From a virus, in IMG/VR virus record IMGVR_UViG_3300027782_000078, positions 6,476 through 70,475 of that record: a DNA stretch of 64,000 bases, one strand, 5' to 3'. Both the position numbers and the translations under genes were made by a program. This document shows, in pieces, positions 22,468 to 32,140 of the stretch (position 1 is the stretch's first letter; every line of letters starts with the position of its first letter). The notes below the pieces were generated by a model. That model saw nothing but the letters and a program-made list of their open reading frames with translations, did no database searches and was not told the DNA's origin.

Positions 22468-23067
22468 TTAAGAAGCGTTCTTCTCGTTATGATCACGCAC
22501 TATTGCTGCTGCTTGGCGTCGTGTAAGCTCTCGCGCTTCATCAAGGGAAAGCGATGAGATCTTTATGATCTTTGCCGCAATTTCTTCGGTAACACGATCA
22601 TCAGGACTTGAGACCTGAGCGGGCACAGGAAGAGCCGCAACCGATAGCGCAGTAGTCTTGGCGCGTTCCGCGAAAACTTCCGAACGAATATTCTCTTCAA
22701 GCCCGTCGCCTCTGCCAAGCGCATCCATCCAAGCACGCTTCTTGGCGCGTGACTCAGCAACGTGCATGTAGAAAGCGGGATTGCTGACACCATGAATCAC
22801 GCCAGCCCCGTTCTTGCGAGGATAGGCGGCTCCAAGTGACGTGTATCGACGAAGCGGATCGCCCTCGCGCAATGCAGGCATGACGCATACCGCCTTCACG
22901 ACGCAAAGATACTCGTTATCCGCAACAGGAGATACCTCAACAGAGGTTGCCGTCTCGATCATACCGGCCGTCCGAATCTCTTCCAGAACCTGATTATAGG
23001 AAGGGCCAGAATCACGAGGAGAATACTGAGGCCGGGAAGAAGGAGAATAGGGAGTGCGTTGAGTCAT
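22468..23067 (-). CDS. Putative Rad52/Sak-like single-strand annealing protein
   Basis: VVKA.......YTSLG.A...AESRAKKRAWMDALG resembles the AETRA..RAL motif; GGAG RBS before ATG 23067. Confidence 0.5.
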   Translation of the reverse strand: MTQRTPYSPSSRPQYSPRDSGPSYNQVLEEIRTAGMIETATSVEVSPVADNEYLCVVKAVCVMPALREGDPLRRYTSLGAAYPRKNGAGVIHGVSNPAFYMHVAESRAKKRAWMDALGRGDGLEENIRSEVFAERAKTTALSVAALPVPAQVSSPDDRVTEEIAAKIIKISSLSLDEARELTRRQAAAIVRDHNEKNAS

Positions 23068-23121
23068 AGGATGGCTCCCGTAAAAATGCAGGCATTGTTG
23101 CCTGCGAACAGCGTAACACAT

Positions 23122-23150
23122 TTGACGGACGGCGACAATCGTGGTACGAT
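23122..23150 (+). promoter_or_regulatory. Sigma70-type promoter of the tRNA island
   Basis: TTGACG-N17-TACGAT with TGn extension, 8 nt before tRNA-Gly. Confidence 0.7.
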
Positions 23151-23158
23151 GTGGCCAT

Positions 23159-23234
23159 GCGGGGGTAGCTCAGTTGGTAGAGCATCTGCCTTCCAAGCAG
23201 ATTGTCGCGGGTTCGAGTCCCGTCTCCCGCTCCA
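23159..23234 (+). tRNA. tRNA-Gly(UCC)
   Basis: Cloverleaf; loop CTTCCAA; GTTCGAG T-arm; encoded CCA. Confidence 0.95.
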
Positions 23235-23235
23235 C

Positions 23236-23310
23236 GGCCCCGTAGCTCAGTGGATTACGAGCAGCAGGTTTCTACCCTGTAGGTCGCAAGTTCGAATCTT
23301 GCCGGGGTCG
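23236..23310 (+). tRNA. tRNA-Arg(UCU)
   Basis: GCAGG-TTTCTAC-CCTGT anticodon arm; GTTCGAATC. Confidence 0.9.
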
Positions 23311-23525
23311 CCCACTATATTCACGAGAAGAAAAGAGCATAAATGAGCACCTCGACAATCATGGTTTCCCTTGCTTGCATGATCTTTTTTCTCTTGTGGA
23401 TTTCTCACTCACCAAAAGAGGAATGATGATGCTTTTTGTTTATCTTATGTTGTTTTTCAACGTTGTTACTCCATCACTACTAATTGTTTTTTTAAAAATT
23501 ATCTCATCGAAACAAGTAAAAAATA

Positions 23526-23780
23526 ATGAATAATTCTCTTCGTATTGAATTTAATGAAGTTTCTACAGAATTTGCGAGTTATTTGATTAATAATAGAGAA
23601 AAATTATTCAATCAATTTTTTGCGAATATTGGCCCGCAAGACATCAAGAGAATTGACTGGTCACATAATGTGAGAGAAAAAACCGTCATATTTGTTATAT
23701 TTGATATTCAATGGCCGTATTCATCCGAACAACGTGTCATGGAAATGAAAGATGAAAGTGAAGTCCTGAGTTTCCAATAA
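23526..23780 (+). CDS. Hypothetical protein
   Basis: 84-aa AT-rich ORF between tRNAs. Confidence 0.5.
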   Translation: MNNSLRIEFNEVSTEFASYLINNREKLFNQFFANIGPQDIKRIDWSHNVREKTVIFVIFDIQWPYSSEQRVMEMKDESEVLSFQ

Positions 23781-23793
23781 TGCAATTCAACAT

Positions 23794-23869
23794 GCCGCTG
23801 TAGCTCAGGGGTTAGAGTAGCTGTTTTGTAAACAGCGGGTCGTGGGTTCGAATCCCACTGGCGGCTCCA
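23794..23869 (+). tRNA. tRNA-Thr(UGU)
   Basis: GCTGT-TTTGTAA-ACAGC arm; encoded CCA. Confidence 0.95.
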
Positions 23870-24033
23870 TGATGAAAATAAAAAGTCCATGTATTAACGT
23901 ATGTCGAGCCAAGAACGGAGTGTGCGTCGGATGCAAGCGCACCGTCGAGGAAATCAAGCACTGGCGAAGCTACTCAAATGCCGAGAAGCGAGCTATAATT
24001 GATCGTGTACAGAAAGAAGGACAATCATCATGA
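23869..24033 (+). CDS. DUF1289-like small Cys-rich protein
   Basis: SPCINVC...CVGCKRTVEEI..W motif. Confidence 0.75.
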   Translation: MMKIKSPCINVCRAKNGVCVGCKRTVEEIKHWRSYSNAEKRAIIDRVQKEGQSS

Positions 24034-24116
24034 CTGATCCGCCAAAGCAATTGACACCCGGCAAGCCGTACCCCAAGCCGGAGAAGAAAGTCAAGAAAGG
24101 CAAGAAGTAAATTGTT

Positions 24117-24443
24117 ATGCTGGTGCTGTTTTACGTAGCGATTGCCTTGGCGGTAATGCTCTTTGCAGCACCAGTCATCCGACACATCTATGAGCAACCC
24201 ATGTCCACCACGCCGGTCATTGTTCGAGGAAGAATTCGCGACAAAACCCTTGTGGTAGATTCTGTCAGGGACGGCAAGATTCGTTTGGGAGATCAGATTC
24301 TCGGAACCCAGTCCGCTCTGTGTTACATTGTCGGATTTGAATCCGGAAACGGCGAATTCGGAACGTACCTTATTGATATCTGGCAGTTTACTCCCAGAGA
24401 TTCCTCGTTTATCGCTACCAGACCAGTGAAACTCATAATATAA
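24117..24443 (+). CDS. Hypothetical protein with N-terminal TM segment
   Basis: 108-aa ORF with hydrophobic N-terminus. Confidence 0.55.
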   Translation: MLVLFYVAIALAVMLFAAPVIRHIYEQPMSTTPVIVRGRIRDKTLVVDSVRDGKIRLGDQILGTQSALCYIVGFESGNGEFGTYLIDIWQFTPRDSSFIATRPVKLII

Positions 24444-24581
24444 GGATGACCGTAATAGTGTATGAATCATGGACGGGTTCGTGGTACCTCTGGATGGATG
24501 ATGCCCCGCGAATGCGCATGGATATCAGCGAGGAACCTGCATTGTTTCACATGGATATTACCGGAATGAAGGATCGTTGTC

Positions 24582-25184
24582 ATGCCTCACGGATTTCCTG
24601 AAAACTTCTCTCCTATTCCCGCTCATGTTGAGCATGATGTGACCTTTGATGTTCATGCTTCTGAGATGGAGCGGGTCGGACCTTTTTGGAATCGCAAAAT
24701 TACTTTGCGTCATTGCGGCTGTGTAGTCACTCTTCCTGCGAAAGCGGCCTTTTACGGTGTGACAGCCACATGGCATTTTATTTTTGCCGACATTGAACAC
24801 AAGGATTGTCCGGTCAAGCATAGAAATTCCGGGTTTGCGACCATTGCCCCCGAAGCGTTTAAGCCCACCAAGGAAGAGATTGGGCACATGATGAGGCATG
24901 ATGATCCGTTTCAGTCGCATGCACTTCGTGCAATGGACGGATGCAAAATAGCGGAACTTGAGGCTGTCTGCGAGCATGGCCTACCCTCTTGGCCACTCTA
25001 TCTGGATTATCTTCCAACAAAATGGAGTGATGTTCATTCGTTGCTGCCAAAGGGCAAGGAACATCCCGACGATGTTGCGAAACGAGCTTTTCGTGAGGCA
25101 TCCGAATCCGAGAAGCGATTTGCAGAGTCTTTGGATGTATCAACTGATATCATTCTGCAGACCGAGCAATCATTCGATCAATAA
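24582..25184 (+). CDS. Hypothetical protein
   Basis: 200-aa ORF with AAGGA RBS. Confidence 0.6.
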   Translation: MPHGFPENFSPIPAHVEHDVTFDVHASEMERVGPFWNRKITLRHCGCVVTLPAKAAFYGVTATWHFIFADIEHKDCPVKHRNSGFATIAPEAFKPTKEEIGHMMRHDDPFQSHALRAMDGCKIAELEAVCEHGLPSWPLYLDYLPTKWSDVHSLLPKGKEHPDDVAKRAFREASESEKRFAESLDVSTDIILQTEQSFDQ

Positions 25185-25189
25185 GTCAC

Positions 25190-25260
25190 TGGGGTGTGGC
25201 CAAGCGGTAAGGCTCGGGACTTTGAATCCCGTATCCGAGGTTCGAATCCTCGCGCCCCAG
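25190..25260 (+). tRNA. tRNA-Gln(UUG)
   Basis: CGGGA-CTTTGAA-TCCCG arm; U1-A72 acceptor typical of Gln. Confidence 0.93.
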
Positions 25261-25283
25261 CCGGTTCCTGAAAGGAGCAGTCA

Positions 25284-25505
25284 ATGACCGTCACGAAAAA
25301 GATGCAGAACTTTTTTGAACATGAGTTGCGTGACCTTGTTCTCAAATACGTTCGTCGCCACAAGCAAAAGAAAGACGTTCACGAGCGTTTTCTCGACACC
25401 ATGAGAAACATTCCGTGGAAGCTCAAGACGTTGCGCGTACGAAACACAAAGCCGTATGCTGGGGCGTATCGCAAAGGTCGGGCAAAGTCTGCACGCAAGG
25501 ACTGA
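25284..25505 (+). CDS. Small basic hypothetical protein
   Basis: AAGGAG RBS; 73 aa. Confidence 0.6.
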   Translation: MTVTKKMQNFFEHELRDLVLKYVRRHKQKKDVHERFLDTMRNIPWKLKTLRVRNTKPYAGAYRKGRAKSARKD

Positions 25506-25508
25506 TCT

Positions 25509-26138
25509 GTGAATCTTTTGATCTCAAATCGCACAACACTGGAATTTCCCGAAGTTTCTCATAAAATCATGTTGATTGGCAGTGCTGGCTCAGGCAAGGA
25601 CACCATGGCTTCGATTCTTTGCGAAAAGATTCCCAATTGCTTTCGTGTCGCATTTGCCGATCAACTCAAGCAGATTTGCCAATCCATGGTTGAGCATGCA
25701 ATCAAGGAAAACGCAATTCCATTTCCTGTTTTTGACGACATGAGTGAAGTTCACCGTGATTTATTCCGTCCATTATGGCAATGGATGGGAACAGATTTTA
25801 TTCGCAACAGGGTAAGTCCGAATTTCTGGATTGCACGTGTTGAGGATCGTGTGCATAGCATGGTGGATTACAATTTTTCGCAAGATCCAGTATCCATAGT
25901 CATAACCGACTGTCGTTTTCGGAATGAGTACGAATGGGGAGTGAAGAACGGATATGCCATCGTGCGAATCAGTGGGTCTTGGAGAACGGGAAGCATGATT
26001 CCTGCACACTCCAGCGAAACCAGTCATCTTAATCTTCAGGAAGATCTTCATTATGAAAATCATGAGGATATCGCTTCAATGGAAAAATGGATAGACACCA
26101 TTTTGTTGCCGTACATGAAGAAAAGGATTCATTCCTGA
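25509..26138 (+). CDS. Deoxynucleoside monophosphate kinase
   Basis: P-loop GSAGSGKDT, FADQLK, Q.MGTD.IR, VITDCRF.NE and H.SE motifs. Confidence 0.88.
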   Translation: MNLLISNRTTLEFPEVSHKIMLIGSAGSGKDTMASILCEKIPNCFRVAFADQLKQICQSMVEHAIKENAIPFPVFDDMSEVHRDLFRPLWQWMGTDFIRNRVSPNFWIARVEDRVHSMVDYNFSQDPVSIVITDCRFRNEYEWGVKNGYAIVRISGSWRTGSMIPAHSSETSHLNLQEDLHYENHEDIASMEKWIDTILLPYMKKRIHS

Positions 26139-26146
26139 TTTCTTAC

Positions 26147-26218
26147 GAGCCGGTAGCTCAATGGTAGAGCAACGGACTTTTAATCCGTTGGTTGAGGGTT
26201 CGAGCCCCTCCCGGCTCA
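26147..26218 (+). tRNA. tRNA-Lys(UUU)
   Basis: ACGGA-CTTTTAA-TCCGT arm; complete cloverleaf. Confidence 0.95.
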
Positions 26219-26393
26219 CCGAGCAAGACATGAAGCGTCCAAGCATCAATCTTATCGGCTGATTGCCTAGTATTTCAAAGGAGGGCTTTTCTGTTGATAT
26301 ATGAAGATCAAATCCTGCATGGCGCAATAATATTGCTTGTGTTCGCAATAGTTCTTGTTCTTTCGTATTTTGCCCCATAAGTAAGGACTCTCG

Positions 26394-26681
26394 ATGAATC
26401 TGAAGGAAAAAAATGAAAAACAAATTACCGATTTGCAAGCAGCTTCGGTAGCAAACGCCATCAATCAAATGATGGAGCTTGACATATTGCTTCGCAGTGG
26501 CGAAACAGAAAAAGCGCAAGAATTCGCACAGTCATCCACAATTACTTCAGCGGTCATTCATCTGGTTGAGCATTTTCACAACACACATCCTGACCTTGAT
26601 TTTGTGGCCACGAATCTTTATCAGATTGCGATGACCAAGAAAGCGGAAATCGAGGGAATGGACAGCAGGAGCTGGAATTGA
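26394..26681 (+). CDS. Hypothetical protein
   Basis: 95 aa; TAAGGA RBS. Confidence 0.6.
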   Translation: MNLKEKNEKQITDLQAASVANAINQMMELDILLRSGETEKAQEFAQSSTITSAVIHLVEHFHNTHPDLDFVATNLYQIAMTKKAEIEGMDSRSWN

Positions 26682-27118
26682 TTGTCACATGGCGTATTGG
26701 CGGTACGCGTTCTTCTGCACAATTCAGCACTTGGGTTCCAGCAGATGGCAGAACAGGATTTGTCAAAGGAACGCGAACCATTGAAGAGCCAAATCCACTG
26801 AGCATTGCCATTCGTGCGCAGCTCTCAAAAGGATCAAAGGCTTTTCTTGGACACAAGATATCCACCAATCTGCTGGATAAATCAGACGAGATTATCGAGC
26901 AGATTCTTGCAACATATTTTGCGCAATCCGATAAGGACGCACCAATATTGGTACGTTTTGTTCCCGCCATCTGGCATTCGTCAAAAATTGTCGATACGCT
27001 TGAAGAATCTGACATGACGCTATTGCCTCATCTATGGATTTTGCCGAAGGGCAGAATGACTCTTCGGGAAAGTTGGATAATTAGCTCCAATTTCCTTGAC
27101 ATGCCTTCGCAGGACTGA
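26678..27118 (+). CDS. Hypothetical protein
   Basis: 146 aa; 4-bp overlap with upstream gene. Confidence 0.55.
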   Translation: MIVTWRIGGTRSSAQFSTWVPADGRTGFVKGTRTIEEPNPLSIAIRAQLSKGSKAFLGHKISTNLLDKSDEIIEQILATYFAQSDKDAPILVRFVPAIWHSSKIVDTLEESDMTLLPHLWILPKGRMTLRESWIISSNFLDMPSQD

Positions 27119-27153
27119 TACGATACTCTCGAATACGGACGGATTCGTGCAAA

Positions 27154-27243
27154 TGGCGGAGGAAGTGGGATTTGAACCCACGAATCCTTTCGGATTATCC
27201 GTTTTCAAGACGGACGCTTTCAACCAGACTCAGCCACCCCTCC
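27154..27243 (-). tRNA. tRNA-Ser(UGA)
   Basis: Minus-strand cloverleaf with long variable arm; loop CTTGAAA; encoded CCA. Confidence 0.93.
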
Positions 27244-27263
27244 ATTACGGAAGTAATCTTACC

Positions 27264-27758
27264 ATGAATAGATTTGTACTTGATCTCGATCCCAAATTGG
27301 CGGCAGAATATCATTGCAACAAACACGTTGTGAAAATGATTGTCGAAGAATGCCAGATGCTTTCCACTGCACATCGCTTGTTGTCTGACGATCTTTCTTC
27401 CGAAGAAGACAAGATACTGTACAACGCCGTATATATGAATCATCCTTGTGCAATTTGGGTCAGGCAAACGTCTGGAAATTATGAGTGGGCATACGCATTG
27501 TTGGAAAATCTATGTCAAGAATATACGTTGCGCTATGAGCGCGTGCACAAGTCCTCTTTGCTTCTGCCTTATCTGCAATATCTTCCCAAAGGCATTGCAA
27601 AAAGTCCACTCACCGACTTTGCCCAAGCGGTTCCTGAAGACTGCAAGCACGACAATCCCGTTATTGCGTATCAGAAGTATTATCGTGAGCACAAGAGTTC
27701 ATTTGCAAAATGGACTAAGCGTTCCGTGCCGACATGGTTTGGAGAACAAAATGTTTGA
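27264..27758 (+). CDS. Pyrimidine-dimer DNA glycosylase/endonuclease V-like protein
   Basis: MN.FVLD.DP..AA.YHC.KHVVKMI.E..QMLSTAH...NHPC..W...EY..RY...H motif. Confidence 0.8.
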   Translation: MNRFVLDLDPKLAAEYHCNKHVVKMIVEECQMLSTAHRLLSDDLSSEEDKILYNAVYMNHPCAIWVRQTSGNYEWAYALLENLCQEYTLRYERVHKSSLLLPYLQYLPKGIAKSPLTDFAQAVPEDCKHDNPVIAYQKYYREHKSSFAKWTKRSVPTWFGEQNV

Positions 27759-28047
27759 TAAGGGCGGAATAGCAAATCCTATCTGGACACGAACCCTTGA
27801 CAGCGGAGATGATGATGACGCACCTGATCCGCAAGCATTCTGGGGTGTTCAATTCGGACTCCTGATTTTTATCATAGGAATAACTGCAGTTCTAGTATTG
27901 CGCTTGCCATTTACACTGCTGTTTCTAGTGGCTGGCTCCGCAGGCATTGGAGCGCTCATTCTGCCAACTTCAGTGACTCGCGCAGTGTCCGTATTGATTT
28001 ATGTGGTAATAGCGATGCTTTGCGTGACGTGCGTTGCGTATTCGTAA
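27751..28047 (+). CDS. Small multi-pass membrane protein
   Basis: ATG at 27751; three hydrophobic segments. Confidence 0.6.
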   Translation: MFDKGGIANPIWTRTLDSGDDDDAPDPQAFWGVQFGLLIFIIGITAVLVLRLPFTLLFLVAGSAGIGALILPTSVTRAVSVLIYVVIAMLCVTCVAYS

Positions 28048-28058
28048 AGGATAAATAA

Positions 28059-28370
28059 ATGAATAACAAGTTTGAAGAAAAAGTGCTGTTTGAGTCCCGA
28101 AAAGATCTGATCGATTTTCTCTACTTTCACGTTTGCGCCATCATCACGGACTCGGAGAACGTGCACGGAGCACACAATCCCGTTAAGGTTATGGAAATTT
28201 GCAGGGATGTTTCCAACCAGTATGCGTATTTGTCATTCGCAGTGGTGGGCATGAATCGGTCTTCAGAATTACGGGCAATCGTGATGAATGCCTACAGGGC
28301 AGTCACTGGAAAGGAATGTCCACTCTCGGGGAGATATCCCTCAGCGTGGGATACGCTTCGCCAAAACTAA
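28059..28370 (+). CDS. Hypothetical protein
   Basis: 103 aa; AAGGA RBS. Confidence 0.6.
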   Translation: MNNKFEEKVLFESRKDLIDFLYFHVCAIITDSENVHGAHNPVKVMEICRDVSNQYAYLSFAVVGMNRSSELRAIVMNAYRAVTGKECPLSGRYPSAWDTLRQN

Positions 28371-28372
28371 GG

Positions 28373-28400
28373 AAAAGCCCCGCGGTTGCGGGGCTTTTTT
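28373..28400. terminator. Bidirectional intrinsic terminator
   Basis: AAAAGCCCCGC-GGTT-GCGGGGCTTTTTT between convergent genes. Confidence 0.85.
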
Positions 28401-28786
28401 CATGCCTCTTGAGCAACTACTTTCTGCGTGATGGGAAGAACCATTTGAGGTTCATATCCCGAAGCAGGAACAGTCACCACCCAAGAAGCCGTGTACAATG
28501 TACCCACCTTGGAAAAGATGGCTGTGCTTGAAGCAGTGACTGTGTATGATCCCGGATAGACAGGGTCTGCAGGAACTGTCAACGCGCCTGTTGGAGGATA
28601 CACTTGAACTCCAAGATCATTCTTCACACGAAGCGTGACCGTGGCCCCCGAAACCGGAGAGCCACGGCGTGAAACAGAAATCGTGAACATGGGAGTTGCC
28701 CCAACAATCGGAAGGGCAGTCCATGTTGTCGCGCTTAATGCTGGTCCAATTTGCGGATGAACCAAAAGGCTCAAGGTATCTGGCAT
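28400..28786 (-). CDS. Ig-like/beta-sandwich virion protein
   Basis: 128 aa; PVSGATVTLRV...GSYTV...GTLYTASW pattern; AAGGA RBS. Confidence 0.55.
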   Translation of the reverse strand: MPDTLSLLVHPQIGPALSATTWTALPIVGATPMFTISVSRRGSPVSGATVTLRVKNDLGVQVYPPTGALTVPADPVYPGSYTVTASSTAIFSKVGTLYTASWVVTVPASGYEPQMVLPITQKVVAQEA

Positions 28787-28803
28787 GTCAAATCATTCCT
28801 TTC

Positions 28804-31401
28804 CTAAATCGAACAGACTCCATCCTTGCATCCATAAGTAGGCATTTCAATCGCCTCTGCAGATTCGTATTCGGAAGCATCCAGAAATTGAATGGCAACC
28901 TCAGGTTGCCGATGAACAAAGGCTGGCTGCTCTGAAGCTTCCTCGATACGATGCATGGGATTGACGCTCTTGCGGAAAATGGCTTCCACATCAAATTCCC
29001 TGCTTCCAAGATCGATGTTCTGCCGTTGCCGCAGGGCATCAGCCGAAGTGAACATCACCGATGCTGCCTTGCTGTTTGCTCGATACACGGCAATCGCCTT
29101 GAGTCCCAGATCATATCCATACAAATATGCATCAGAGATGTCCTCTTCGGTTGCCTCTTCGGGAAGATTGACCGTCTTGGAAATAGCGCCGGAAAGAAAT
29201 GGCTGGCATGCTGCCATCATCTCAATATGAGCGCGTGGAGAAAGGAAACGCGCTCCCTTCTTGGCAGGAACGGCCGTATCGAAGACCGAATAGTGTCGAC
29301 GAAGAAGACCCGGAGCGTTTTCCACAACACCGTGCACATTGACATAAGCAAGAATGCCTGCAATGACTGAATCGGAATATCCGAGTCGCTTCAGGGAAGG
29401 TTCGATCAAGCGATTGACAATGACCGCATGACCACCGCCTGCCAGCGCCTTGTATTTGATCAGCGCGTAGTCAGGCTCGATGCCAAAAGTGTCGGCATCC
29501 ATTGCAAAGCTGATCGTGCCAGTGGGGGCAAGAACCGTGACTTGAGCATTGCGGAATCCCCATGCGGTGCCGAGAGTCAATGCGGTATTCCAGCTCTCTT
29601 CAGCGTCATTGATGAGATCCCAATGATCGCGAGGACAGATGTTCATGTCGAGCTCTTTCGGTCGCTTGGTAATGCGCTCGTATCCGAAAAGCTTGTTCAA
29701 TGAATCAACACGACCGTGTGCTGCTTGACGATGGTTGCGAATGACACGAAGATGATCTTCGCGATTGCGCATGAACGCAGGATACGTGCCGAGTTCACGG
29801 GCAATGATTGAAGAAGCAACATAGGATTCTCCTCCGAGAATCGCCGTGATTGCGCCAGCAATCTGCTGGCCTTCCTTGGATGCGTATCCATGGCCCATGA
29901 GCATCAATAATCCGCCGAGGTTGGTGTACCCCAATCCTGTAGTGCGATATTGCATGCTCTTCTGGCAAATGTCCTCAGCAGGATATTGTGCCATCGAAAC
30001 GGTAATATCCAGTGCAATCTGCCAAATGTGAATGGCATGCTTGAATCCGACGCGGTCGAATGCGTCTGGAGAACTCTTGGTGAGATCATAGAAACGAACA
30101 AGATTCAGCGAAGCAAGATTGCACGCGGTTTCGTTTAGAAAAAGATATTCCGAGCAGGGATTGCTTGCGACAATTCGGCCGTCCTTGGGGCAGGTATGCC
30201 ACTCGTTGATAGTGTCAGTCACATGAATTCCCGGATCAGCCGAGAACCACGTTGAATACACTACAGTCTCCCAAAGCTCGCGAGCTGGCAGTGTGCGGGT
30301 AATGACGCTGGGGTCCGTAACCCGACGCAAATGCCAATCGTCATTGTTCCGCAATGCGGCAAAGAAAGCATTTGAAAAAGAAATGGTATTGTTGGAATTC
30401 ATGCCACGGACGGTGCGGTATGCTTCGTCTTCAAATCCGCCGGACATTCCAGCTTCGATGAGAATACGCACCATTTTTTCCTGACGCATCTTCCATTCGG
30501 CAAATTCGAGCACTTCGGGATGATTGTCGTCGCAGATATCCATCTTCGCAGCGCGACGAGTCTTGCCTCCGCTCTTGATCACTCCTCCGCCAACATCAAA
30601 GACATCAAGAAAGGACAGCATTCCACTGGACACGCCTCCTCCGGTAACAGGCTCTCCCTTGCCTCGAAGCGAGCTGTAGTTTGATCCTGAGCCGCTACCG
30701 AAATAGAAGATCTGTGCCTCACGGCGAGCAGTATCAAAAATGCCGTTTGCTCCAAAAAGATCATCCTTAATACCAAGAATGAAACAAGCATGTGCTTGCG
30801 GATGCTCAAAACTGTCAGTAGACTGAACCGACTTGTCTTGCGCAAAATCGTAATACCATTGACCCTTTGCGTCGGAGGAAATGCCGTAAGCCCAATGAAT
30901 GCCGGTATTGAACCATTGAGGAGAATTCAGCGCACCGTACTGATGAATCATCATGTAGGCAATCTCATTGAAAAACGACAACGCTGATTCCTTGTTGCCG
31001 AAATAGCCGTATTGAATTCCCCAATAGGTCAGCGCACCGGCCAAGCGATTGATTACCTGCTTCAACGACTTTTCCGGGCCAGATGGAAGCGACTTCCAGT
31101 CGATGCCAAGGGCTTCGGCCTTGTGCCGATCATAAACTCCCTTGGGAAATTGCGGAACATCTGCACGTCGGAAATACTTTTCGGCAACTTGAATGCGTGC
31201 GTTCTCACTCCAAAAAGTTGGAAATTCTACATTTTCAATAACTTTGCCAGACCCTGTTGTGACAGACATGGTCTCCCATTCGACAGAGTCGAAAACATCC
31301 TTGACGTGCTCGGTATAGACTGGCTTGATAGTCAGCCCTCCGTGTTTCCGAAACGTTACATCGCCGTATTCCATGATTTCCTCCCCGAAAAAATTTGCCA
31401 C
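28804..31401 (-). CDS. nrdJ: Class II (adenosylcobalamin-dependent) ribonucleotide reductase
   Basis: NSPQWFN, HACFI, KSGGKTRRAAKM, SNPCSEY, CNLASLNL, APTGTI, QPFLSGAISKTVNLP motifs. Confidence 0.93.
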   Translation of the reverse strand: MANFFGEEIMEYGDVTFRKHGGLTIKPVYTEHVKDVFDSVEWETMSVTTGSGKVIENVEFPTFWSENARIQVAEKYFRRADVPQFPKGVYDRHKAEALGIDWKSLPSGPEKSLKQVINRLAGALTYWGIQYGYFGNKESALSFFNEIAYMMIHQYGALNSPQWFNTGIHWAYGISSDAKGQWYYDFAQDKSVQSTDSFEHPQAHACFILGIKDDLFGANGIFDTARREAQIFYFGSGSGSNYSSLRGKGEPVTGGGVSSGMLSFLDVFDVGGGVIKSGGKTRRAAKMDICDDNHPEVLEFAEWKMRQEKMVRILIEAGMSGGFEDEAYRTVRGMNSNNTISFSNAFFAALRNNDDWHLRRVTDPSVITRTLPARELWETVVYSTWFSADPGIHVTDTINEWHTCPKDGRIVASNPCSEYLFLNETACNLASLNLVRFYDLTKSSPDAFDRVGFKHAIHIWQIALDITVSMAQYPAEDICQKSMQYRTTGLGYTNLGGLLMLMGHGYASKEGQQIAGAITAILGGESYVASSIIARELGTYPAFMRNREDHLRVIRNHRQAAHGRVDSLNKLFGYERITKRPKELDMNICPRDHWDLINDAEESWNTALTLGTAWGFRNAQVTVLAPTGTISFAMDADTFGIEPDYALIKYKALAGGGHAVIVNRLIEPSLKRLGYSDSVIAGILAYVNVHGVVENAPGLLRRHYSVFDTAVPAKKGARFLSPRAHIEMMAACQPFLSGAISKTVNLPEEATEEDISDAYLYGYDLGLKAIAVYRANSKAASVMFTSADALRQRQNIDLGSREFDVEAIFRKSVNPMHRIEEASEQPAFVHRQPEVAIQFLDASEYESAEAIEMPTYGCKDGVCSI

Positions 31402-31462
31402 TTCTTCCGAAGTGGCTTAGTGAATAGTGCCAATCGTATCAAAATTCCGCGCAAAAAAAAGG

Positions 31463-32140
31463 CTAGGTCCAGTTTCCGCTAGGCCACGGGAGGTGCACTT
31501 TGCGTAGTAGCACTCTGAATCCCAAATCTCGTCCCAACTCCCATCTCGGTGCGGGCGGAGCCCAGCAAACGAACTCGAACCGCGGATCATATACAACCGA
31601 ATATACCGTATCGTATTGGGGACCATGGAGCGGCGTCCAGATCATTTGCTTACCGTTTGGACCACCGACCGTGAAGTCAACATCCTGCTTCCAGAGCGTT
31701 TCAATTCCGGTGTTGGGATCAACCGCATACACGCGCACGATCTTTCCTACTGGCTTGTACAGCAACGTGTCCTTCAATCCGCGCCTGAGCAATTCTCCGG
31801 GATATGGAAATCCCCGTTTCCATGTTGGAATCACCTTGTCGTAATCCCGAAATCCACGCGCATAACCGGGAAGTGGAGAGCAAGACATGTCTTCCGGCAA
31901 TGCCACTCCATTCTGCAACCACATGCGTCCCATCCGGTCGGAATCAAGACCGGTAATCACTGCGGTGATGGTGACTGGATCATTCCAGAAAACACCCAAT
32001 CCACTGCATTTCAGGCATTCAGGATTGGCTTCTTCCGGCAATCCGGAATCCGAGCAAGGGCAAATTCTTCCCTTGTAATGAATGATCTTTTCTCCATGCG
32101 TCATGATAAGACGATTGTGCTGCGGAATGCTGATGGTCAT
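31463..32140 (-). CDS. Head completion/neck protein
   Basis: CPC....ANPECLKCSGLG motif as in SPO1/Twort-like neck proteins; TAATG-coupled start 32140. Confidence 0.65.
   Translation of the reverse strand: MTISIPQHNRLIMTHGEKIIHYKGRICPCSDSGLPEEANPECLKCSGLGVFWNDPVTITAVITGLDSDRMGRMWLQNGVALPEDMSCSPLPGYARGFRDYDKVIPTWKRGFPYPGELLRRGLKDTLLYKPVGKIVRVYAVDPNTGIETLWKQDVDFTVGGPNGKQMIWTPLHGPQYDTVYSVVYDPRFEFVCWAPPAPRWELGRDLGFRVLLRKVHLPWPSGNWT

Noticed and set aside
23059-27223. ORFs overlapping tRNAs (23059-23346, 23708-23890, 25178-25363, 26076-26519, 27032-27223)
   Set aside because: Translations of tRNA sequence.
28804-31401. Intein or intron in nrdJ
   Set aside because: Core motifs run contiguously, with no splice or homing-endonuclease motifs.
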